Shown one piece after another: positions 1 to 9,143 of a DNA stretch of 55,102 nucleotides. Within the stretch, counting starts at the first letter, position 1. The number at the start of each line of letters is the position of its first letter. Origin of the DNA: an uncultured bacterium (lineage in GTDB: Bacteria; Patescibacteriota; Minisyncoccia; Phycocordibacterales; UBA9973); contig CALCZP010000003.1 of NCBI GenBank assembly GCA_937903035.1, forward strand, positions 131,156 to 186,257, given 5' to 3'. Under the pieces are notes generated by a model. It searched no databases and was not told the origin of the DNA. It was given only the letters and a program-made list of their open reading frames with translations. Both the position numbers and the translations under genes were made by a program.

Positions 1-2
1 AT

Positions 3-1931
3 TTGTCACCAGTTTCATTAGATGCGACTGCATATCTCAAGCTCATGAGATGTTGTGAATTTGACTGGTCAGGTATTTCAGCGTCTATTTTTGGATCACT
101 CTTCCAGGGTGTGATGAATGAAAAGCAACGACGAGAGCTTGGTGCACACTATACCTCTGAACTTAATATCATGAAGGTTATCCAGCCACTTTTCCTAGAC
201 GAGCTTTATATTGAATTTGATGCAGTTAAATACGATACCAAAAAGCTTGCAGCTTTTCATGAAAAGCTTGCTAATCTGACATTTCTCGATCCTGCTTGTG
301 GGTGTGGAAACTTTCTTGTGGCATCATATCGTGAGCTTCGAAAACTTGAGCTTCAAGTATTGATGAAACTTCGTAAAACCCCAAAAATGGTTCTCTTTGG
401 AGTAGAAGATATTTCAAAAATAAATGTTAATCAGTTCTATGGTATTGAAATAGAAGAATTTCCAGCATTAGTTGCTCGTACGGCGATGTATCTAGTTGAT
501 CACCAGATGAATATGGAGCTTTCCCAAGAATTTGGTCAGACCTATGCCCGTATTCCACTTCGGGAGCCTGCGACTATTGTGAATGAGGATGCCCTTGAAA
601 TTGAGTGGGAGACCGTCATACCAAAGGGTACACTTTCGTATATTCTCGGGAATCCGCCTTTTCTAGGTCACCATCTTCAATCAGAAAAACAAAAAGAACA
701 ACTCAATACTGTTTTTAAGGACATAGATGCTTCGGGTGTCTTAGATTTTGTTACTGCATGGTATGGAAAAGCTACTGATTACATTAAAAATACAAAGATT
801 AAAGTAGCTTTTGTTTCTACAAACTCAATAGTGCAAGGTGAGCAAGTGGGAATTCTTTGGAAATATCTTGTTGAAGAAAAAGATCTAATTATTCATTTTG
901 CGCATCAGACATTTAAATGGAACAACGATGCTCCAGGGGTTGCAGCTGTCTATTGCGTTATTGTTGGATTCGCGACATTTGATATACCAAAGAAATATTT
1001 GTTTGAGTACGAGACTATCAAAAGTGAACCAAAGGAAAAGGAGGTGCAAAATATAAATTCATACCTGGTCGGAGCAGAAAATATATTTATTGAAAATAGA
1101 AATAAACCAATATGTAATGTTCCAAAAATGATGTATGGAAGTAAGCCCACTGACGGAGGACATTTTTTGTTTACAACCGAAGAAAAAGAACATTTCTTAA
1201 AACAAGAACCAAATGCTGAAAAATTTATCAAACCATTTATTAGTGCAAAAGAATTTCTCCATAATCAGGAGCGTTGGGTGCTTTGGCTTGTAGAAGCAGA
1301 TCCTTCTGAGATTCGACAGTTACCAAAGGTTTTAGAGAGAATAGAAATGGTAAAAAATTTTAGACTTGCAAGTAAAGCAAAATCAACTCGTGACTACTTA
1401 TATCCCACATTGTTTAGACAGATAACTCAACCAGAAACTGATTATATTTTGGTTCCAAGAACAACTTCTGAAAATAGAAATTATATCCCTATGGCGTTTT
1501 TGAGTAAGGATAATATCGTCAGTGATACATGTCAGTCTATTCCAGACGCGACTTTGTACCATTTTGGAATTCTTGAATCTTTAATGCATATGACATGGGT
1601 TTCATATACCTGTGGTAGATTGAAAAGTGACTACCGGTATTCAAAAGATATTGTCTACAACAATTTCCCGTGGCCGGAGCAGGTGACTGATGAGCAAAAG
1701 GGAAGGATTGAGGAATGTGCGCAGAAAGTATTAGATGTTCGACTCCAATTCCCGCACAGTTCACTTGCTGATCTCTATGATCCTAACACCATGCCGCCTG
1801 AGCTTGTGAAAGCACATGATGAGCTTGATAGGGTAGTAGATGCCTGCTATGGGCGAAAGTTTACTAACAAAGAAGAGAGAATTGAATTTCTTTTTGAGCA
1901 ATATAAGAAATATACCCATGCAAGATCTTAG
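3..1931 (+). CDS. MmeI-family type IIL restriction-modification enzyme (helical spacer + N6-adenine methyltransferase + target-recognition + C-terminal domains); 5' part lies outside the window
   Basis: The frame is open from the window edge. Motifs seen: GAHYTSELNIMKVIQPLFLDEL, SAM motif I LDPACGCGNFLV, catalytic motif IV LGNPPFLG, and C-terminal YNNFPWP as in MmeI/YeeA-like enzymes. Confidence 0.8.
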   Translation: MSPVSLDATAYLKLMRCCEFDWSGISASIFGSLFQGVMNEKQRRELGAHYTSELNIMKVIQPLFLDELYIEFDAVKYDTKKLAAFHEKLANLTFLDPACGCGNFLVASYRELRKLELQVLMKLRKTPKMVLFGVEDISKINVNQFYGIEIEEFPALVARTAMYLVDHQMNMELSQEFGQTYARIPLREPATIVNEDALEIEWETVIPKGTLSYILGNPPFLGHHLQSEKQKEQLNTVFKDIDASGVLDFVTAWYGKATDYIKNTKIKVAFVSTNSIVQGEQVGILWKYLVEEKDLIIHFAHQTFKWNNDAPGVAAVYCVIVGFATFDIPKKYLFEYETIKSEPKEKEVQNINSYLVGAENIFIENRNKPICNVPKMMYGSKPTDGGHFLFTTEEKEHFLKQEPNAEKFIKPFISAKEFLHNQERWVLWLVEADPSEIRQLPKVLERIEMVKNFRLASKAKSTRDYLYPTLFRQITQPETDYILVPRTTSENRNYIPMAFLSKDNIVSDTCQSIPDATLYHFGILESLMHMTWVSYTCGRLKSDYRYSKDIVYNNFPWPEQVTDEQKGRIEECAQKVLDVRLQFPHSSLADLYDPNTMPPELVKAHDELDRVVDACYGRKFTNKEERIEFLFEQYKKYTHARS

Positions 1932-2667
1932 TTTTTTGAAGCAAAAATTTGATGATTCGATTAGTGATATCGACAAGGTTGCATCTTTTGGCTCAGAACA
2001 TTCAAGGGTTTTAAATGATCTTATTGGTGTGATAAGTGTTGATCTAAACAGAGCAGTAAAAGGTACAAATTCAGAACAAAAGGTTAATAATGTTCTTGAT
2101 CAAATCAAAAAATTAGATGAACATCCTGAGCTGAAACCCTTAAGTTCTACTGTCTATGGACAATCAGTTGCTCTGATAGTTTCTGCTTTTGAGTCATCAA
2201 TGAATGATCTATTTATTTTTGTTATAGATAAGCATCCTTCACTTATCAAGTGGCCAGAAAAAGAAATAAAGATAAGTACCGATCTTATACAATTTGGCTT
2301 CGATAGTCTTGGAGAGTTTTTACTAAAAAATATTAAAGAAAAAATTAATTTTCAAAATATAGAAGATGTTAAAAGATTCTTATCAGAATACTTTAAAATA
2401 TCTATTAGTTCTCTTAATCAAGAAGAGACAGATTCACTTATTTTTTATAGCCAGCTTAGACATCTAGTTGTGCACAATGCTTCTGTTGTTGATAAACGTT
2501 TCTCCATTAAACTTGAAGAATTAAAACATATAAATACTGTTCTAATAGGGAAGACTGTATGTGATACAAAGTATCCTTTTGACTTGGAAGATTACAAAAA
2601 AGCAAAAGAGGTTTTTAGTAAATTTTTTCAAGAAATACTTAGTGAAATAGAAAATAAGTTGAAATAA
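1918..2667 (+). CDS. hypothetical all-alpha protein with an Rx4H motif (HEPN-like candidate)
   Basis: The ATG at 1918 overlaps the upstream stop (1929-1931) by 14 nt. QLRHLVVHN gives R-x4-H in the C-terminal third. The gene is very AT-rich and ends at a hairpin terminator. Confidence 0.5.
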   Translation: MQDLSFLKQKFDDSISDIDKVASFGSEHSRVLNDLIGVISVDLNRAVKGTNSEQKVNNVLDQIKKLDEHPELKPLSSTVYGQSVALIVSAFESSMNDLFIFVIDKHPSLIKWPEKEIKISTDLIQFGFDSLGEFLLKNIKEKINFQNIEDVKRFLSEYFKISISSLNQEETDSLIFYSQLRHLVVHNASVVDKRFSIKLEELKHINTVLIGKTVCDTKYPFDLEDYKKAKEVFSKFFQEILSEIENKLK

Positions 2668-2699
2668 CAAAATCCCCTCATGTGAGGGGATTTTGTTAT
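2668..2699. terminator. bidirectional intrinsic terminator shared by convergent genes
   Basis: CAAAATCCCCTCA/TGAGGGGATTTTG inverted repeat flanked by an A-tract and a T-tract. It sits between the stop at 2667 and the rplT stop at 2696. Confidence 0.7.
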
Positions 2700-3043
2700 T
2701 TCGTTGCTTGTTCGAATACTTTTTTAAATGTTGCAGGGCTTGAGTGTGCGATGTCGGAGAGGATCTTGCGGTCGATATCAATGTTTGACTTCTTGAGTGC
2801 ATCGATGAACTTTGAGTAGCTCATACCGAGTTCGCGAACTGCAGCATTGATGCGAACCTGCCAGATGCGGCGTGCATCAGACTTCTTGTCGCGGCGGTGT
2901 GCAAATGCATAGCTCCCAGCGTGGGCGATAGCATCCTTTGCCATGCGCTCCTTGGTAGAACGGCCAAAACGATAGCCTTTGACCTGTGCAAGAACATTCT
3001 TTCGTCGCTTATTTGCAATAGTACCTCGTTTTACTCGTGTCAT
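2696..3043 (-). CDS. rplT: 50S ribosomal protein L20
   Basis: MTRVKRGTIANKRRKNVLAQVKGYRFGRS N-terminus; 115 aa; infC-rpmI-rplT gene order. Confidence 0.95.
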   Translation of the reverse strand: MTRVKRGTIANKRRKNVLAQVKGYRFGRSTKERMAKDAIAHAGSYAFAHRRDKKSDARRIWQVRINAAVRELGMSYSKFIDALKKSNIDIDRKILSDIAHSSPATFKKVFEQATK

Positions 3044-3055
3044 AGTAGTGAAAAA

Positions 3056-3247
3056 TTAGTGGTGCGGCAAGAACGTACCCATCTGCTTGTTCGTCATTGG
3101 GAATTCAGCACCTTTCTTACCAGCAAGCTGCGTAACGCGAGACTGCTTTGCATTGAAGTGGTTGAATCCAGGCTTCCGAGCAATGATTTTGCCGGTTTTG
3201 GTCACCTTGAGACGCTTGCTATATGATTTGTTCGTTTTTGCTGCCAT
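3056..3247 (-). CDS. rpmI: 50S ribosomal protein L35
   Basis: 63 aa and basic; KRLKVTKTGKIIARKPGFNHF; lies between infC and rplT. Confidence 0.93.
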   Translation of the reverse strand: MAAKTNKSYSKRLKVTKTGKIIARKPGFNHFNAKQSRVTQLAGKKGAEFPMTNKQMGTFLPHH

Positions 3248-3255
3248 AAATATGA

Positions 3256-3771
3256 TTATTTTGCGCCCCGGTCTCTCTCGATAACAATCGCAAGACCCTT
3301 GGGGGAGCGCTTGTGGGGCTCCGCAATCTTATACTGTTCAGTGATAAAATGCAAGACCCGGTCCAGGCGTTCCTTGAGGAATCCTTCTTCCATACCTTTA
3401 GTACGTCCCCGAAGAAAAAGTTCGACTTTGATACGGTGACCTTCCTTGAGCCATTTTGAGGCCATTTTTGCCTTGAGCTCCAAATCATGGTCTCCGGTAC
3501 CAACTTTGATTTGAATATTCTTGGTTTCGGTTGTTTTTGCCCCGGCACGTGCTTTTTGGAGCTTTTTCTTCTGTTCGTATTGGTATTTGCCGAAGTCCAT
3601 CAATTTTACAATCGGTGGCTTAGCATTTGGGCCTGTTTCAATAAGGTCGATACCACGAGCTTCGGCCATCGCAAGCGCCTCAGCAATAGGCATGACGCCA
3701 ACATTCTGACCCTCATCATCAATGACGCGGACTTCGGTCGCTCGTATTTGTTTGTTGATTCGTTCCTTCAA
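3256..3771 (-). CDS. infC: translation initiation factor IF-3
   Basis: INKQIRATEVRVIDDEGQNVG and IDLIETGPNAKPPIVKLMDFGKY motifs. The start codon is TTG (complement of 3769-3771). Confidence 0.93.
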   Translation of the reverse strand: MKERINKQIRATEVRVIDDEGQNVGVMPIAEALAMAEARGIDLIETGPNAKPPIVKLMDFGKYQYEQKKKLQKARAGAKTTETKNIQIKVGTGDHDLELKAKMASKWLKEGHRIKVELFLRGRTKGMEEGFLKERLDRVLHFITEQYKIAEPHKRSPKGLAIVIERDRGAK

Positions 3772-3791
3772 GATTGCTAGGATGCTAAATA

Positions 3792-4571
3792 ATGTCTCAT
3801 GATTCTACTCAAAAAAACGTTATAAGTCAAGGATATACGCGACTTTTGCAGGTGCAAAAACGTGCAGGTGAGACACTTGCTGCACTTCTTTTGAGGCTTC
3901 GGGGTGAGTATGGTATTCCCGCAGATGTGCCGATGACATATGCCGGACGACTCGACCCGATGGCTGAAGGGTTGATGATTGTTCTCGTGGGAGACGCGTG
4001 TCATGACAAGGAAATGTATATGAGTCGTTCAAAGACATATGAGTTTGAAGTATTACTCGGGGTATCAACTGATACACAGGATATGTTAGGAGTGGTGACT
4101 GATACAGCATTTGGAAAAGAAGTTTCTTTAGAACAGGTACAAAAAGCAATTCAGACGTTAAATACTAAAACGCTTTGGCAATATCCTGCGTATTCATCAA
4201 GGACGGTGAATGGCGTACCACTTTTCGTATCAGCGAGGAAGGGAAGTTTGCCGACAGAACTCCCTACAAAGGAAGGCAAAATTCTCTCATCACAGATACG
4301 AGAAATCGGAACGGTAGTACTCAGCGATGTTGTAGATCAAAAGCTCCCAATCATCAGATTGGTAGTGGGTGACTTTCGACAAGAGGAGATTATCCAAAGC
4401 TGGAAAAAAATGATCAAAGAAAAGGGAAATGAGGAAGTGCAAATTATTTCCTGTATTGCGACGGTAACAAGTGGTGTCTATATTCGAACGATTGCATCTG
4501 AACTAGGGAAACTCCTTGGAATCCCAGCACTTGCATATAGTATTGAGCGAACAGGGATAGAGAAAATATAA
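3792..4571 (+). CDS. truB: TruB-family tRNA pseudouridine synthase (no PUA domain)
   Basis: Catalytic motif YAGRLDPMAEGLMIVLVG, plus KTYEFEVLLGVSTDTQDMLG as in the TruB K-x-Y ... TDT-D-G block. Confidence 0.8.
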   Translation: MSHDSTQKNVISQGYTRLLQVQKRAGETLAALLLRLRGEYGIPADVPMTYAGRLDPMAEGLMIVLVGDACHDKEMYMSRSKTYEFEVLLGVSTDTQDMLGVVTDTAFGKEVSLEQVQKAIQTLNTKTLWQYPAYSSRTVNGVPLFVSARKGSLPTELPTKEGKILSSQIREIGTVVLSDVVDQKLPIIRLVVGDFRQEEIIQSWKKMIKEKGNEEVQIISCIATVTSGVYIRTIASELGKLLGIPALAYSIERTGIEKI

Positions 4572-4599
4572 AATCCCTATCATAAAAATGATAGGGATT
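4572..4599. terminator. hairpin between convergent truB and the 131-aa ORF
   Basis: AATCCCTATCAT/ATGATAGGGATT inverted repeat. The U-rich tract is only on the minus-strand side. Confidence 0.5.
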
Positions 4600-4611
4600 G
4601 GGAGGTAGTAG

Positions 4612-5007
4612 CTATGCAGCACAAGTAAGTTTATGCTTGATAGTATCAAAATACTGGTCAAGAAGTTTTTTTGATACAACAGCATAGTGAATGTTTCGGT
4701 GCTTACACTCTCTTGAGGCAGCAACTCTCAGTTCTTTAGGAATTTGATACAAAGTACTGTTGATGAGAATGATTGTATTGCAGTACTCAAAAGATGATGA
4801 AGAGCCAAAGCGAGGACTTGAAACTTTAAGGCAATTAAGGCTAAGGTTTGTCGCATGCCTTCCTGCGCACGTAATAATTTGGCAACCTAGAGGGTTCATT
4901 CCTAATGTACCATCTTTTGCTTCGTGGTATCTTAGGATTTCACTAACTGAGACAGTAGGAATAGTAATTCCTTTTAATTCATACAAGGCTAGTTTTTTTT
5001 GCTTCAT
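4612..5007 (-). CDS. hypothetical protein (131 aa) in the AT-rich spacer downstream of ssrA
   Basis: It is the only long ORF in this AT-rich gap and I recognised no family. Its stop is followed by the hairpin at 4572-4599. Confidence 0.4.
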   Translation of the reverse strand: MKQKKLALYELKGITIPTVSVSEILRYHEAKDGTLGMNPLGCQIITCAGRHATNLSLNCLKVSSPRFGSSSSFEYCNTIILINSTLYQIPKELRVAASRECKHRNIHYAVVSKKLLDQYFDTIKHKLTCAA

Positions 5008-5209
5008 ACTTTTTTGTATTTGTAATGAAAGATTGTTTTGTATGATTATCTCACTTTTAAAAAATAAGTCAATAGATATGACAAAGCCGCCTCAGAGGTG
5101 GCTTTGCTGTTTATTTTTTGTACACGTTTTTGTGGTATCCCGTTCAGCTCGCGCTTCACAGGATCCTACAAAAATATAGTCGCACTCGAGAGAGTGCTCG
5201 TTATTTTTG

Positions 5210-5601
5210 TGGAGATGGGGGGAATCGAACCCCCGTGTAGAAATGGTGAACAAGTAACTCTCCATGCGTAGTACAGTTTGATGTGTTAGGAGTGAATCTT
5301 AAAACGGTACAAAACAATTCATTCCCGAGCCGTTATGTGTTTGGTGTTGCTCTACGGCGAGAGTGACTGCCTATCCCACTGTCATTATGCCGCACTCACT
5401 CTAGTGGGAGTGAAGTGGTGCGACACCGGATCGGCCTAAAGTTAGGCGAATGCCGGAGCGAAGCCAAATGCGTTAGCAAATGGAGACTTCACTGAAGCGG
5501 TTCTGTTGCCAGGTGACCTGTGGACGACGTTTTGCGAGAGTACGTCCATGCTCGGCATGCATACAGGTTCGAGACCATGTCTGTCGAAACCTATCATCCC
5601 C
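5210..5601 (-). ncRNA. ssrA: tmRNA (transfer-messenger RNA)
   Basis: 5' GGGGATGATAGGTTTCGACAG pairs with 3' ...GGGGGTTCGATTCCCCCCATCTCC-A, giving a G3:U70 Ala identity pair. CCA is not encoded. An internal frame ...GCT AAC GCA TTT GGC TTC GCT CCG GCA TTC GCC TAA (5442-5477) encodes a tag ending ANAFGFAPAFA. The gene lies directly downstream of smpB. Confidence 0.85.
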
Positions 5602-5687
5602 GAATTTTTCCCCGCCTGTAGCTTCCCGGCGGGAACTAGAAAAATTCGTCCAGCGAAGCCGCATGGCGGCTGAGTCGGGCGAACTTA

Positions 5688-6128
5688 CTAATCTGCGAGT
5701 GTTCTTTCTATATCGCGCTTAACTGCGCTATCTTTAAGTGTTGCTCGTTTGTCAAAGACCTTTTTACCTCGTGCGATTGCAATCTGCAGCTTCACGAGAC
5801 TTCCTTTACCGTACAATGATATTGGGACGATAGTCAAGCCTTTGGTTTCTGATGCTTTCTTGAAGTCGTACAATTCCTTTTTCTTGACCAGAAGTTTGCG
5901 TGCACGATAGGGGTCGTAGCTCGATGAGCTATTTTTCTCTTGCCATGCAGGAATGTGTGCGCCGAGTAGGTAGAGCTCGCCACCGAGGAGTTGCACATAG
6001 GCGCCGACCAGTGAGCCGTGATTGTGCTTCACGGATTTGACTTCGGTCCCGAGAAATTCAACACCAACCTCATAGCTGTCCTCGAGGTGGTAGTCAAATG
6101 TCGCCCTTTTGTTACGGAGGTATTCCAT
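5688..6128 (-). CDS. smpB: SsrA-binding protein SmpB
   Basis: RNKRATFDYHLEDSYEVGVEFLGTEVKSVK ... GLTIVPISLYGKGSLVKLQIAIARGKK. The start was trimmed to MEYLRNK (6128) from the longer tracked ORF. Confidence 0.9.
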   Translation of the reverse strand: MEYLRNKRATFDYHLEDSYEVGVEFLGTEVKSVKHNHGSLVGAYVQLLGGELYLLGAHIPAWQEKNSSSSYDPYRARKLLVKKKELYDFKKASETKGLTIVPISLYGKGSLVKLQIAIARGKKVFDKRATLKDSAVKRDIERTLAD

Positions 6129-6172
6129 ATATACAGCATGGTAGCATGAGTTAAGCTCGAGCGAATATTGTG

Positions 6173-6178
6173 TATAAT
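6173..6178 (+). promoter_or_regulatory. -10 box TATAAT 6 nt upstream of the ftsH ATG (leaderless-type start)
   Basis: TATAAT at 6173-6178, ATG at 6185, and no purine-rich SD in between. Confidence 0.45.
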
Positions 6179-6184
6179 GGACGG

Positions 6185-8086
6185 ATGTCAAAACAGCACC
6201 CATTGCCACCCCAGGAGTCCAAGAAAAAGCCGGCTCCAAAGCGCTCACTTTCATCGTATATTGTCTCAACACTCCTTATTTTTGGAGTTATCACCGTACT
6301 ATATTCATTTGTAAGTGGAAATACGAAACCAAAAGAGGATATAGTGACCCTTTCCGAAGTTGCACGACTCGTGCAAGCACAGCAGATCAAATCAATCGTC
6401 GTTGATGGTGAACAGCTCACAATCACCAAAGCAGATGACAGTCTGCTCAAGTCAAAAAAAGAGCCTGATGCATCGCTTGTTGAAACATTGGCTGCATATG
6501 GAGTTGAGCAGACAAAGATCGCAAGTGTTGATATCAGTGTTGCAAGTCAGAGTGGGCTCGCATTCTTTTTACTCTCGATTCTTCCAATAGTGTTACCAAT
6601 CCTTCTCGTCGTATTCTTTTTCTGGATGCTCACCCGTCAGGCAAAGGGGGCGGGTATGCAAGCTTTTAATTTTGGCCAGTCCAAAGCGCGCGTCACCGAT
6701 CCATCTGACAAGAACAATAAGGTCACCTTTAAGGATGTTGCCGGTGCACGTGAGGCAAAAGAAGAACTCAAAGAAATCGTCGACTTCCTCAAAAATCCGA
6801 AAAAGTTTCTTGAGATTGGGGCACGTATTCCAAAGGGAGTGCTTTTAACAGGGGCTCCTGGTACGGGCAAGACCTTGCTTGCTCGTGCGGTTGCAGGAGA
6901 AGCAGGTGTACCATTTTTTCATCTCTCCGGATCTGAATTTGTTGAAATGTTCGTTGGTGTTGGTGCATCACGGGTACGTGATCTCTTTAAAATGGCAAAG
7001 CGTGCGGCACCGTCAATCATCTTTATTGATGAGATTGATGCAGTAGGGCGCGTGCGTGGTGGTGGGTACGGCGGGGGAAATGATGAGCGTGAACAGACGC
7101 TCAACCAGATTCTTGTTGAAATGGATGGCTTTGAACCAAATGACAAAGTGATCGTGATGGCTGCCACCAACCGATCTGATGTGCTTGATCCGGCGCTTCT
7201 TCGTCCAGGTCGTTTTGATCGACGGGTGACACTTGATCTCCCTGATCGTCGTGACCGCGAAGATATTCTTACGGTGCATTCAACCAAAAAACCATTTGCT
7301 GAGGATGTAAACCTCAAAGTCCTTGCGGAGCGAACACCGGGATTCTCTGGCGCAGATTTGTTCTCACTTATGAACGAAGGCGCGATCCTTGCTGCTCGTG
7401 AAAATCGTAAAAAGATTTCACAATTTGATCTCGTGCGCAGTATTGAAAAGGTTATGATGGGTCCTGAGCGCAAGAGTCATCTCTTTACCAAGAAAGAAAA
7501 AGAAATTACTGCATACCATGAAGCAGGGCATGCACTTGTTGCCTCAGTGCTTCCCGATGCTGATCCGGTACATAAAATCTCTATCGTTGCGCGTGGTCGT
7601 GCGGGTGGCTATACGCTCAAGCTTCCACTTGAGGAGCGGAAGCTACAGACACGCAAAGAGTTTCTCGATGATATTGCAATGTCACTGGGTGGCTATGCTG
7701 CAGAGGAGATGATCTATGGCGATGTGACGACTGGTCCGTCAAATGATCTCCAGGTTGCGACCAATCTTGCTCGAGCAATGGTAACCCGTTGGGGGATGAG
7801 TGATATTATCGGACCGCTTGCACTTGAGAATGATGGTGGGCGTGCAATGTTTGGCCAAGGTGTTGAAGGAAAAGAATATTCTGAAAAGACAAGTGCGCTC
7901 ATTGATAGTGAGGTTGAGCGTGTTATGCGTGAAGGACTCGTCCGTGCAAAAGATGTGCTGACACAACACCGTAAGGTCCTTGATATTATCGCCAAGAAAC
8001 TCATCGATGTAGAGACATTAGAACAAGCTGACTACGAAGCGATTATTGCTGCACACGGTATTGTTCCAAAGAAAATAACTATCTAG
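6185..8086 (+). CDS. ftsH: ATP-dependent zinc metalloprotease FtsH
   Basis: Walker [19 protein letters not shown], Walker [13 protein letters not shown] region, HEAGHAL zinc motif, and N-terminal TM segments. Confidence 0.96.
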   Translation: MSKQHPLPPQESKKKPAPKRSLSSYIVSTLLIFGVITVLYSFVSGNTKPKEDIVTLSEVARLVQAQQIKSIVVDGEQLTITKADDSLLKSKKEPDASLVETLAAYGVEQTKIASVDISVASQSGLAFFLLSILPIVLPILLVVFFFWMLTRQAKGAGMQAFNFGQSKARVTDPSDKNNKVTFKDVAGAREAKEELKEIVDFLKNPKKFLEIGARIPKGVLLTGAPGTGKTLLARAVAGEAGVPFFHLSGSEFVEMFVGVGASRVRDLFKMAKRAAPSIIFIDEIDAVGRVRGGGYGGGNDEREQTLNQILVEMDGFEPNDKVIVMAATNRSDVLDPALLRPGRFDRRVTLDLPDRRDREDILTVHSTKKPFAEDVNLKVLAERTPGFSGADLFSLMNEGAILAARENRKKISQFDLVRSIEKVMMGPERKSHLFTKKEKEITAYHEAGHALVASVLPDADPVHKISIVARGRAGGYTLKLPLEERKLQTRKEFLDDIAMSLGGYAAEEMIYGDVTTGPSNDLQVATNLARAMVTRWGMSDIIGPLALENDGGRAMFGQGVEGKEYSEKTSALIDSEVERVMREGLVRAKDVLTQHRKVLDIIAKKLIDVETLEQADYEAIIAAHGIVPKKITI

Positions 8087-8091
8087 TATAC

Positions 8092-9102
8092 ATGTGGTAC
8101 CTTCGCCCACTCGGAATGCTGTTCTTGATGGGGCTTGCACTTCCGTTTGCTCCAAGCAGGCGTGCATTTTCACCAGAAGCTCCTGTCACTGACATTGTTC
8201 AACACCAGGCGGTCACACTCGTGCTTGTCGGAGATATTATGATGGATCGCGGTGTGAGGCGAAAAGTAGTCCAAAACATGGGCGGTGACTATACGAATCT
8301 CTTTGCACATACGTCATATATCACCGATGCTGATATTGCCTTTGCAAACTTTGAAGGCACTGCTGCGCTCTCAGGTCATAATATAGGCAGTCGATTCTCG
8401 TTTCATATGGATCCTGTAGTGGTGAATGCACTTGCAGCTGCAGGTTTTGATGTCGTGTCGTTTGCAAACAATCATGTAGGAGACTGGGCACGCGAAGCGT
8501 TTGATGAAACACGAAATCATTTGAAAAATAGCGGAATTCTTGTTGCTGGTGCAGGTGACAATGCAGCTGATGCGACAATACCTCGTGTCATTGATGTTCG
8601 TGGTACTACGGTTGGCTTCCTTGCGGCGACTGATGTTGGCCCGAATTGGCTCAAAGCGACAGAAAAGTCTTCGGGAATTTTACTTGCAAATGATCCGAAG
8701 CTTCTAGATAGTATCGCAAAAGCAGATAAGGAAGTGGATGTACTTGTGATGTCATTTCATTTTGGCAATGAGTACTCGCCGACAAATGCGCGACAAGTAG
8801 CACTTGCGCATGCTGCAATCGATGCAGGTGCAGATATTGTGGTAGGGCATCATCCGCATGTCATGCAGCGAGTCGAGGAGTACAGCGGCAAGCCTATATT
8901 TTACAGCCTCGGCAATTTCATATTTGATCAGTCATTTTCACCGCATACGATGCACGGTATGGTAGCGACCGTCAGCATTGATCCAGTTACAAAAACGATC
9001 ACGCACAGCGAACAGGTGAGTCCACTGAACAATATATTTGTACCCCAGTCACTCATTCCATTTGATACATCACTCCTCGTGACCAGAACATTTACTCCAT
9101 AA
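8092..9102 (+). CDS. capA: CapA/PgsA-family metallophosphatase-like protein (copy 1)
   Basis: VGDIMMDRG, FANNHVGDW and GHHPHVMQ motifs; N-terminal hydrophobic anchor; starts 5 nt after ftsH. Confidence 0.8.
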   Translation: MWYLRPLGMLFLMGLALPFAPSRRAFSPEAPVTDIVQHQAVTLVLVGDIMMDRGVRRKVVQNMGGDYTNLFAHTSYITDADIAFANFEGTAALSGHNIGSRFSFHMDPVVVNALAAAGFDVVSFANNHVGDWAREAFDETRNHLKNSGILVAGAGDNAADATIPRVIDVRGTTVGFLAATDVGPNWLKATEKSSGILLANDPKLLDSIAKADKEVDVLVMSFHFGNEYSPTNARQVALAHAAIDAGADIVVGHHPHVMQRVEEYSGKPIFYSLGNFIFDQSFSPHTMHGMVATVSIDPVTKTITHSEQVSPLNNIFVPQSLIPFDTSLLVTRTFTP

Positions 9103-9135
9103 AAAATATCCCGCATCATGCGGGATATTTTTTTT
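9101..9135. terminator. bidirectional intrinsic terminator
   Basis: AAAAAATATCCCGC-ATCAT-GCGGGATATTTTTTTT between convergent genes. Confidence 0.75.
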
Positions 9136-9143
9136 ATCAATAC

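Noticed and set aside
4760-5179. 139-aa plus-strand ORF in the AT-rich spacer, and the hairpin at about 5080-5118.
   Set aside because: The ORF overlaps the opposite-strand 131-aa ORF and is Cys/Phe-rich, with no start context. The hairpin has no upstream plus-strand gene to terminate, so it is left unannotated.
5473-5722. ORFs of 63 aa (minus strand) and 80 aa (plus strand).
   Set aside because: They lie inside tmRNA and the smpB-ssrA spacer. The region is explained by the ssrA secondary-structure elements.
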